Source of the DNA: Nostoc sp. PCC 7120 = FACHB-418
Lineage (GTDB): Bacteria; Cyanobacteriota; Cyanobacteriia; Cyanobacteriales; Nostocaceae
DNA: 32,000 nucleotides
Reading direction: 5' to 3'
NCBI RefSeq assembly: GCF_000009705.1
Contig: NC_003272.1
Location: 2,430,001 to 2,462,000 of the forward strand
Shown here: one piece after another, positions 1 through 7,127 of the stretch
Layout: every line of letters begins with the position of its first letter
Numbering within the stretch: position 1 is the first letter of the stretch
Position numbers and translations under genes: made by a program
The notes under the pieces: model-generated
The model's input: only the letters and a program-made list of their open reading frames with translations
What the model was told of the DNA's origin: nothing
The model's database searches: none

Positions 1-936
1 CATTGCTTGCGATCGCTGGGACAGTAAAGACGCAATTACTCGGTAAAATCTTGATGCAAATCCCACATCTTGTTGTAACTTTGCGGCTAGTTGCTGTCGG
101 GGAATTGCTAAGACTACAGAATTTTCAATTGCCTTAACAGTTGCAGGGGGTAAACTACCATCTATAAAGGGTGTTTCGCCGATGATTTCACCTTTAGATA
201 ATTTGGCTATTTCTCTACCAGGAATTTCATGACCCTCAATAGCTGCAAAAGCACGCGCTAAAGGATTCTGTTCATCTGGGGAAATAGACAAGGACATTTT
301 TCCATAGAGGAGAATATACAGTGCGTCTACAGTTCCTTGTTCATGGATGAGTATGGTATTAGCTGGGATTTTTTGGGGAGTACCAGAAGCCATCATCCAA
401 TCTATGTCACTATCGTGTAATTCTCCCAGGATAAACAGCACATCTCGTAGATGTTGACTTTGTGCTAGGTTACGACGACCAAGTTGATGGATGGTATTTT
501 GTATTCTATCGGAAATAATGATGGCGATCGCTCGATAAAAATGCGCCGCAAAACCCACATCTTGCTGTAATTTCGCCGCTAATTCTCCAACCGGAATTGA
601 CATCACCAGGGACTTTTCCACAGCTTTAATCGTAGTAGCTGGTGGACGTGTCCCAATTAAGGGACTTTCTCCCATTATCTCACCCCTAGATAATCTCCCA
701 ATCTCCTTACCGAAGATTTCGTTCCCCTCAATAGCTGCAAAAGCACGAGTTAGGGGATTATCTTCTGGTTGCGGGATAGTAACGCTGAATGTACCATCTA
801 ATAAAATATGTAAAAAATCAGCAGCTTTTCCTGGTTGAATAAGTGTAGTACCAGCCGCTATTTCTCTTTGATGACCTATCGCAACCATCCAGTCAATATC
901 ACTTTTAGTTAGTTCTTTGAGTAAAACTTCTGTCAT
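1..936 (-). CDS. Tandem cyclic-nucleotide-binding (CAP effector-like) domain protein; C-terminus runs off the window edge
   Basis: My own translation of the reverse strand from ATG (complement of 934-936) is open all the way to nt 1 (312 codons). It reads MTEVLLKELTKSDIDWMVAIGHQREIAAGTTLIQPGKAADFLHILLDGTF...GEIMGESPLIGTRPPATTIKAVEKSLVMSIP... and then repeats as ...DIDWMMASGTPQKIPANTILIHEQGTVDALYILLYGKM...GEIIGETPFIDGSLPPATVKAIENSVVLAIP. The pattern fits a cNMP-binding beta-barrel plus phosphate-binding-cassette-like GE..P...PPAT.KA. It is missing from the ORF track because there is no stop inside the window. Confidence 0.75.
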   Translation of the reverse strand, partial: MTEVLLKELTKSDIDWMVAIGHQREIAAGTTLIQPGKAADFLHILLDGTFSVTIPQPEDNPLTRAFAAIEGNEIFGKEIGRLSRGEIMGESPLIGTRPPATTIKAVEKSLVMSIPVGELAAKLQQDVGFAAHFYRAIAIIISDRIQNTIHQLGRRNLAQSQHLRDVLFILGELHDSDIDWMMASGTPQKIPANTILIHEQGTVDALYILLYGKMSLSISPDEQNPLARAFAAIEGHEIPGREIAKLSKGEIIGETPFIDGSLPPATVKAIENSVVLAIPRQQLAAKLQQDVGFASRFYRVIASLLSQRSQAM

Positions 937-973
937 AACTAAGACCAATTATTTATCTACGTTGATACAAAAT

Positions 974-2146
974 CTATGACGCTGGTGTAAGTCCCAAGCA
1001 ATTACTCTGTAATCTGTCTAAAGTGTTCTGGATGAAAAAGTGTGCTTCTTGGGTAGCCAATTCTTCTAATGTCAAATATGTCAAAGTGATTAACATTAGG
1101 ATTTGCATATTAGTATCTGTTAGCTTTTGGGCGTATTGAGCATGGAAACGCTGTAAGTTTTCGGCGGCGGCTTTTACCAATGCTTGTAAAATTACAAAAG
1201 CTCCATCAGAAAGTGGCGGTTTACCGCGATAGTTTTGCAGTCTACCTCCTTCTCGATATTGAGGAAATGATTCTAAGCCTAAAAATCGTAAGAACCAGTT
1301 TGCTTGGTAATAACCAGTAGCAGCAATAATGCCTCTATAGTCGGCAATTAATTCGTCAAATATATTATTTCGCATAGAGTTAAATAGACGATATGTTAAA
1401 TAGTGAGTACATTCATGTTCTAGACGAATTGTGAGTGACAATTTTTGCCATTGTGATGCTTTTAGTCCTATTTCTTCGGCTGAAATATTGCTATATGGGA
1501 TATTACTTAAAATAATAAATGTATCTTGATAGAGATGTTTCTGTAGGATTAATCGTTGAAACTCTGTATTCCAATTAGAGGCAAAATGCTCTACTTCCCA
1601 TTTTTGGCGATATTGACGAATCCTGTCCCAATTGTTGAACCCACGAACTATACAAGCTCCCATTGATTGAGGAATAGGTTGGGGTTCGTTATGCTTTGTT
1701 AAGGCTTGCACTAGAGACACAAAATCTTCTCTGTTTTCAGTTAGTAATACGGGGATTGTTCCCGCCAAACTTTGATGGAGGATTAATTGGAGTTTTTGGG
1801 GTTGCTGTAAGACTAAACCAGATGCTTCTAACATCCCATTTGTTGATACACCCTTACGAGTGGCTTTTCTATAGGCTTCTGTCTGAGAGATCCCTTTTTG
1901 GATGGGAAATTGTAACTGTACTAACTTCTGTTTGAGTACTGCAAATGCGCCTATCATTTTGGCTGTAACTGCATATTTTTCCCAAGCTTCTATATGGAGT
2001 TCTGGGGATAAGGGAAATTGTAGGGGATGGATTAAGCTATTGTGAGCAAAAACATTTTGGTTATATATCAATAGTTCCTCAACCTCTAAAGCTGTTGCGC
2101 CAAAGTTGGTCAAAACTTGAGTGTGAAATGATTGTTGATTGCTCAT
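974..2146 (-). CDS. Conserved hypothetical protein with an HExxH motif (possible zinc-dependent hydrolase); family not recognised
   Basis: 390-aa ORF, 37 bp upstream of the cNMP gene and 7 bp downstream of the MinD-like gene on the same strand. HECTH is at residues 244-248 (nt 1403-1417) and a downstream acidic DELIADY is at residues 264-270. I recognise no other motif. Confidence 0.6.
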   Translation of the reverse strand: MSNQQSFHTQVLTNFGATALEVEELLIYNQNVFAHNSLIHPLQFPLSPELHIEAWEKYAVTAKMIGAFAVLKQKLVQLQFPIQKGISQTEAYRKATRKGVSTNGMLEASGLVLQQPQKLQLILHQSLAGTIPVLLTENREDFVSLVQALTKHNEPQPIPQSMGACIVRGFNNWDRIRQYRQKWEVEHFASNWNTEFQRLILQKHLYQDTFIILSNIPYSNISAEEIGLKASQWQKLSLTIRLEHECTHYLTYRLFNSMRNNIFDELIADYRGIIAATGYYQANWFLRFLGLESFPQYREGGRLQNYRGKPPLSDGAFVILQALVKAAAENLQRFHAQYAQKLTDTNMQILMLITLTYLTLEELATQEAHFFIQNTLDRLQSNCLGLTPAS

Positions 2147-2153
2147 ATTGCTA

Positions 2154-2942
2154 TTAGTGACTCACAACTAAACCAGCAATCTGCTCAGTAATTTCTTGAA
2201 TGATTTGCGTAATGGTATGTTGGGAGTAACGCAGACAAAACAGACCTTTACTTCCTAGCTGTACCATATCTTCCGCCAGGGGTAAAATCCCGGCTACAGG
2301 TACGTCATAGATTTGTTCTACTTGTTGTTTTAAATCAGAGAAATTCAAGGATGGTAATGCTTTGTTGAGGACTAGGAGGATTTTTGCTGCTTTCAATTTA
2401 CGAGCGACATCCACTGTTACTGCTGTTCCTTGGAAGTCTTGACTGTCTGGACGGAGGATAATTAATAATACGTTAGAAATTCCAATAGAAACTAAAGTTT
2501 CTTCATTTAAACCGGGGTGGGTATCTATTAATAAATAGTCCAATTTCAAACTACGGATCAGTTCTTGGAAACCATCATTAAGCCTGACTACATCATATCC
2601 TTCCCGGAGAATCCTGGCGATTTCTGCTGCTTTAATGCTGGAAGGAATTAGATAAAGGCTACCTTTAACTTTAGTTGTATTTCCTGGTTCGGTAACTAGT
2701 GTATCTGTAACATCATAGGCAGTATCTTGAATATCGCAGCGTTGCCATAGATAGTCATTGAGGGTAAGTTGAATTTTTTCTTCTTTAAGACCAAAGATAA
2801 TATGAATCCCTGGTGATTGGATATCTGTATCAATGATGCCTACACGCTGCCCTTGTAACGCCATAGTAGCCGCTATATTGGCAATTATGTTTGATTTGCC
2901 GGTTCCGCCACGAAATGAGTGAATAGCGATGATTTGGGACAT
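2154..2942 (-). CDS. MinD/ParA-family P-loop ATPase (deviant Walker A)
   Basis: N-terminus IIAIHSFRGGTGKSNIIANIA (Walker A RGGTGKS, nt 2892-2912), IIDTDIQSPG switch-like segment, and YLLIDTHPGLNE (Walker B-like hydrophobic-D). The 262-aa length is typical of MinD/ParA/CobQ-type ATPases. Confidence 0.8.
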   Translation of the reverse strand: MSQIIAIHSFRGGTGKSNIIANIAATMALQGQRVGIIDTDIQSPGIHIIFGLKEEKIQLTLNDYLWQRCDIQDTAYDVTDTLVTEPGNTTKVKGSLYLIPSSIKAAEIARILREGYDVVRLNDGFQELIRSLKLDYLLIDTHPGLNEETLVSIGISNVLLIILRPDSQDFQGTAVTVDVARKLKAAKILLVLNKALPSLNFSDLKQQVEQIYDVPVAGILPLAEDMVQLGSKGLFCLRYSQHTITQIIQEITEQIAGLVVSH

Positions 2943-2953
2943 AAATTATATTT

Positions 2954-2976
2954 GGTAATGGGTAATTGGTGATTGG
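2954..2976. repeat. Short heptamer-type (STRR-like) repeat GGTAATGGGTAATTGGTGATTGG in an intergenic spacer
   Basis: Direct reading. The same GGTAAT(G/A)GG motif family recurs at 24454-24483 and, inverted, at 24500-24522. Confidence 0.6.
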
Positions 2977-2984
2977 AAAATAAA

Positions 2985-4361
2985 TTATGTGTGTTCTGTT
3001 GGATCTGTTAAGGGCTGGTTTTTGCTGTTGTGCGATCGCTCTTTTAAGGATTGCACTTGAGTCTGCAATCGCTGGTAGTACTCTTTTTCGGTTTCATGAG
3101 TGGTTATATCCTGGTGTTTAATTTTTTGGATTGTTTGTTGTAGATGCTGAAAGTGTTCGTTTTCGGTTATTTCGGCTACATGATTGGCTCTTTTGGTTTG
3201 ATCAATCTCGATTCGCAATTCCTGAACCTGCATTTTCAGCCGTTGATCGCGTAACCTGACTTCCTCCGCCATTTCCGAAAAAACTCGGACTAATTGCCCG
3301 ATATCATCTTCTCTATGACCTAATTCCACCAAACTCTGGTGTAACTCAACTACTTGAGCATCAAACTTATCATCCTCCAAGGCTTGGGCGGCGGCGGTGA
3401 GGGCGTGAATCGGTCGGGAAATACTCAACCCTGACAGCAGAGCGATAATGGCCGTAATTCCGCCAACAATCACCACGCTGCTGCTATTGAGCCAAATCAG
3501 ACGATGCAAGGGCGCGGTAAACTCTGCTTTGGGTTGGTTAACTCCCAATACCCAAGGTTGGGTAGCTAAGGGTGCAAAGCCGACTATTTGGGAAATGTGA
3601 GATTTTGGCAAGTGATAGGTGGCGTGACCTGGTTGTGTAGTTTTCAACATCACCCCTAACTCAGGAATATTTAGGCTGTGGTTAACCACAGATGGATCAG
3701 GATGACTGATAATAGTTCCCTGTTGATCAATGACGAAGACGTAATTCTGGGAGCCTAATAGTTGCAAAGCATTGATAATTACCCAGATATCTGCTTGGCG
3801 AATTTTGATAACGGTGAGACCGATAATTTTCCCATGAGGCGAGCGTACAGGCTGGGAAAAGAACATACCCGGATTTTCACTAGTTTCACCAAGTAAAGTG
3901 CTAGACCCATAAAAGTTACCTTGGATGTGGGAATAGTTTTCACCAATAAATTTAGGATCTGTTGCAGCCAGACATTGACCATTTTTATCCATCAGTAAAA
4001 CAACATCCAAGTTGGGATGAGAACGGAGGACATTTTGGATGGTCTGTTGTAGGTTGGGGCCTTGAGCTTTATGGTTTTCTGGTGTGGTAGCTGAGAGAAA
4101 ATCTACCACATGGCGATCGCTACTAATTTGAGCAACTACCCGATGATAATCAATAATTAATTGATCAAGACGACTGGCGCTGCTGCTAGCTAGCAGCTCT
4201 AGTTTGTGATATTCCCCAGCCTCTACACTGTTTAAACTTTGTTGTAGGTTGTAGTAAGCCGTAAAAATCATCGGTACTAGCACAGCACAGACCAAGGCTA
4301 CCGAAATTTTGGCAGCGATCGGCCAAGCAGGTGGATAAAATAACCGCCGGAAATGCTTCAT
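2985..4361 (-). CDS. Membrane sensor: TM - Cache-like periplasmic domain - TM - HAMP - coiled coil, with no recognisable output domain
   Basis: ORF 2985-4394. The likely true start is MKHFRRLF at 4361, because the upstream 11 codons overlap a palindrome. TM1 is IAAKISVALVCAVLVPMIF. A roughly 250-aa extracytoplasmic region has Cache-like features (DKNGQCLAATDP..., VIDQQGTIISHPDP). TM2 is SSSVVIVGGITAIIALLSGL and is followed by a HAMP-like segment SISRPIHALTAAAQALE...LVRVFSEMAEEV. A Q/E-rich helical tail runs to the stop. No kinase, cyclase, GGDEF or MCP signalling domain is visible. Confidence 0.65.
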   Translation of the reverse strand: MKHFRRLFYPPAWPIAAKISVALVCAVLVPMIFTAYYNLQQSLNSVEAGEYHKLELLASSSASRLDQLIIDYHRVVAQISSDRHVVDFLSATTPENHKAQGPNLQQTIQNVLRSHPNLDVVLLMDKNGQCLAATDPKFIGENYSHIQGNFYGSSTLLGETSENPGMFFSQPVRSPHGKIIGLTVIKIRQADIWVIINALQLLGSQNYVFVIDQQGTIISHPDPSVVNHSLNIPELGVMLKTTQPGHATYHLPKSHISQIVGFAPLATQPWVLGVNQPKAEFTAPLHRLIWLNSSSVVIVGGITAIIALLSGLSISRPIHALTAAAQALEDDKFDAQVVELHQSLVELGHREDDIGQLVRVFSEMAEEVRLRDQRLKMQVQELRIEIDQTKRANHVAEITENEHFQHLQQTIQKIKHQDITTHETEKEYYQRLQTQVQSLKERSHNSKNQPLTDPTEHT

Positions 4362-4381
4362 TTTTACAATGCAGACAAGTT

Positions 4382-4426
4382 TGATGATGATCAACGATAA
4401 AAAGCTTTTTCGTTGATCATCATCAC
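4382..4426. promoter_or_regulatory. Long near-perfect palindrome (15-bp arms plus inner AAAAAG/CTTTTT) between the AraC-type gene and the Cache-HAMP gene
   Basis: TGATGATGATCAACG-at-AAAAAG CTTTTT-CGTTGATCATCATCA, read directly. It lies 21 bp upstream of the preferred start (4361) of the sensor gene and about 110 bp downstream of the PAS-AraC stop. Confidence 0.5.
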
Positions 4427-4537
4427 CTCTAAAACACTCTGATAAAAAGGGAGACTAATAGATATTTAGCAGGTTAGAAGACACGAGATGGGAAAACAAT
4501 GCACAATCTTTTTATCGGACTCGCAATTTTTTCGTCT

Positions 4538-5383
4538 CTATTGTGATGTCGCCACCTGACGCTGCATTTTTCGCCAAGCATGGGGCGTAGTGTCATGGTA
4601 CTGGCGAAACTGACGGAAGAAATGACCCTCGTGTTGATACCCCACAGCCTCAGCAATTTGATTCACACACTGGTCAGTTTCTAGGAGTAATGTTCGTGCA
4701 GCTACCATCCGTCGCTTAATAATCCAATGATTGACAGTTTCCCCTGTATGTCGCCGGACTAGATCAGTTAAATAAGCTGGGGAGTAACCAACTGCTTGGG
4801 CTACGTCACGTAAGCCAATGGATTGGTCGTAGTTAGACTCAATAAATTTAAAGACCTGATTGAGCTGAGAGCCAGAGGGAAATATTGATTTACAGGGTTC
4901 TGATGACTTTTTGGTTTCAACAATATCTAGTGCTGGATTTTGTTGCAACTGAAATGACTCTGGTTGACGTTTTTTAATCTCACGGATGGAGATGCAGCCG
5001 TATTCCCTACCGTCTTCTTCCATATAGGTAACAGTGGTTTGGACAGGTAAACTTAAACCTGCTTGAGTCTTATACAGAGATTCAAAATATAAAGACCCTT
5101 TTTGTTTAATAGTTTCCCAGTGCTGTAACCAAACTTCCATCAAAAATTCTAAGTTTAGGTATTGAATACTCATACAAAGCAGTTCTTCACGGGAGTAGCC
5201 TACTAAACTACACGCAGCATCATTAACGTATAAAATCCTGGTGTTTGGTTTTACCCAGAACACCGCATCTGTGACACAATCCATCAGCAAATTAGTAAGG
5301 CGCAACTCTTTTTCTAGCTGCTGTGTAACTTGATAAGTATGTTGCTCGGAAATACAGCTGTCAAAAACCATAGTTCTACTCAC
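4538..5383 (-). CDS. PAS-domain AraC/XylS-family transcriptional regulator
   Basis: The N-terminal half is PAS-like (AVFWVKPNTRILYVNDAACSLVGYSREELL...). The C-terminal roughly 100 aa carry the AraC HTH signature (LRDVAQAVGYSPAYLTDLVRRHTGETVNHWIIKRRMVAARTLLLETDQCVNQIAEAVGYQHEGHFFRQFRQYHDTTPHAWR). Confidence 0.85.
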   Translation of the reverse strand: MSRTMVFDSCISEQHTYQVTQQLEKELRLTNLLMDCVTDAVFWVKPNTRILYVNDAACSLVGYSREELLCMSIQYLNLEFLMEVWLQHWETIKQKGSLYFESLYKTQAGLSLPVQTTVTYMEEDGREYGCISIREIKKRQPESFQLQQNPALDIVETKKSSEPCKSIFPSGSQLNQVFKFIESNYDQSIGLRDVAQAVGYSPAYLTDLVRRHTGETVNHWIIKRRMVAARTLLLETDQCVNQIAEAVGYQHEGHFFRQFRQYHDTTPHAWRKMQRQVATSQ

Positions 5384-5913
5384 TGTAATTACTGAATTTC
5401 TAAGTGAACCTAATGAGCCTTAAGGTTATTTAACTGTAGAATTCAGGGTTTTACGTGAATATATGTATCTATTAGATTACATTTTAGTAATTAAATTTAC
5501 TAAAAAATACACATTAAAAATCTACCCTCTCCAGGGAAAAGAGATATCTTTAGCAGTTAGCGGCATTCATTTAGCGTTTTTCTTGGGAGCAAAGATGTTG
5601 TGCAGCTTCCCATAAGAAAAGCATCAGACCCAATCCAGAAAAACCGTCAGCTGATAAATGGCACCTACAGCCAAGTAAAATTTAATTGATTATTGTCTAT
5701 AAAAGTTTATATTTTTAGCCAATTCCTACTAATAGCAAAGACTAAATTTAATAATCATCCTAAAAAGATTCATCAAAGTATACACAAAGTTTCCTACTTT
5801 GGTGCATTGAAAATTTATAGAGAAAAAGAGTAGAGGTTAGGGGTGCTGAAACTGTTACAGAGCAACATAAATCAGCCACCCACCGGGAGTATCTGACGAC
5901 CCCGCAAAACATA

Positions 5914-7014
5914 CTAGCTTTTTTTTAGGGTATGACAAATTACGTTTCTAACTTCTATTTTAACCTCAGCATAAACTGCTAAAGTTTGTTGATTCACACG
6001 CCCAACCGTCAGTAATTCTAAATTTTGTTGTGCTTGATCTTGCCAATGTTTGAGCAGATGAGGTTGACTAAGTAATTTTGCTAGGGCATCTGCCAAAGCA
6101 GAGCTATCTTTTGGGGGAACTAAAACACCAGCTTTGCCATTGTCTAATGCTTCTGGAATGCCATCTACGCTGGTAGCGACGATCGCACAGCCGGCTTCAC
6201 GGGCTTCTGGAATTACCAGGGGAGAAGGATCACGGTGAGAAGCAAGTACAAATATATCTGCGGCTAATAAGTAGCGTTGTGGTTCTGGTTGGAAGCCTTC
6301 AAAATGAATGCGTGTATTGCTCAAACCTGTAGCTTGGGCTTTTTCCTCAAAAATCTGCCTTTCCGGGCCGTCTCCAACTAGATAAAGATGAACTTGGGGG
6401 AAATCTTGGGCAATCTGTGCAAAAGCAGCGATTAACTCACCAATGCCTTTACGCTGATACATCCCGGCTACAGTGGCGATCGCTGGTCGTTGTAATTCTA
6501 CTGGTGAGTACTCTTTAATATTACGAGTACGGACGCTGCCTAATGTCCCATTGGGTACTACTCGCAATTTATGCTCAGGAATACCACGCCTAGCCATTGA
6601 TTTAGCAACAGCATGACTCACCGCAATTACTCTATCTGCTAATCCCATGAGTACAGCACTGCGTTGAAATTCATTGTGTACTGTAGCCACCAAAGCATAT
6701 TCAGAATCAGCTTTAAGACATCTTCCCAGCACAACTCCCGTCATCATGTGAGCATGGACAATATCCGGTTGAAATTCTCGGATAATTGCGCGATAACGCC
6801 TAGCCGCATTAATTAAATTTAGGGGTGTCCGACTTTGGTTTAACTCAAAGTGTTTAACACCATATTGAGCAAATAATGTTTCATATTCTCCGCCAGCAGA
6901 TGCTACAGCTACATCATGATTGTTTTTGGCTTGCAGACAAGCTAAATCTACAGCCACATTCACGATGCCATTACCAATTTCGCGGACGTGATTCAAAATA
7001 TGTAGTATACGCAT
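5914..7014 (-). CDS. Glycosyltransferase family 4 (GT-B, group 1)
   Basis: MRILHILNHVREIGNGIVNVAVDLA is a typical GT4 N-terminus. The C-terminal segment is EX7E-like: LVIPEAREAGCAIVATSVDGIPEAL. The track ORF starts at 7065, but the conserved N-terminus begins at the ATG at 7012-7014. Confidence 0.85.
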   Translation of the reverse strand: MRILHILNHVREIGNGIVNVAVDLACLQAKNNHDVAVASAGGEYETLFAQYGVKHFELNQSRTPLNLINAARRYRAIIREFQPDIVHAHMMTGVVLGRCLKADSEYALVATVHNEFQRSAVLMGLADRVIAVSHAVAKSMARRGIPEHKLRVVPNGTLGSVRTRNIKEYSPVELQRPAIATVAGMYQRKGIGELIAAFAQIAQDFPQVHLYLVGDGPERQIFEEKAQATGLSNTRIHFEGFQPEPQRYLLAADIFVLASHRDPSPLVIPEAREAGCAIVATSVDGIPEALDNGKAGVLVPPKDSSALADALAKLLSQPHLLKHWQDQAQQNLELLTVGRVNQQTLAVYAEVKIEVRNVICHTLKKS

Positions 7015-7083
7015 AAAAATAATTTTTATTCTAGTTCCACAAAAGAAATCTTTAGTTTGTGACAATGATCCGGAAGTTCTTTT

Positions 7084-7116
7084 AGATCCCCGACTTCTTG
7101 AAGAAGTCGGGGATCT
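7084..7116 (-). terminator. Strong GC-rich stem-loop downstream of the NHL-repeat gene (possible terminator or RNA-stability element; no U-tract)
   Basis: AGATCCCCGACTTC-TTGAA-GAAGTCGGGGATCT is a perfect 14-bp stem. It lies 12 bp after the stop of the 7128-9371 gene. The flanks are not U-rich on either strand, so it is not a canonical intrinsic terminator. Confidence 0.4.
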
Positions 7117-7127
7117 ATCTGGTTAAT

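Noticed and set aside
4362-4656. An N-terminal 11-codon extension of the Cache-HAMP ORF (to 4394), and ORF 4474-4656 (-)
   Set aside because: The extension runs into the 4382-4426 palindrome and precedes a better start (MKHFRR). ORF 4474-4656 overlaps the 3' end of the PAS-AraC gene out of frame and has no motifs.
7015-7065. A 17-codon N-terminal extension of the GT4 gene
   Set aside because: GT4 enzymes typically begin right at the MRILHI... beta-strand. The extension (MSQTKDFFCGTRIKIIF) has no homology-like character.
7084-7116. Calling the GATCCCCGACTTC/GAAGTCGGGGATC hairpin a canonical rho-independent terminator
   Set aside because: There is no U-tract after the stem on either strand. 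I retain it only as a low-confidence stem-loop feature, and the stem sequence may belong to a dispersed repeat family.
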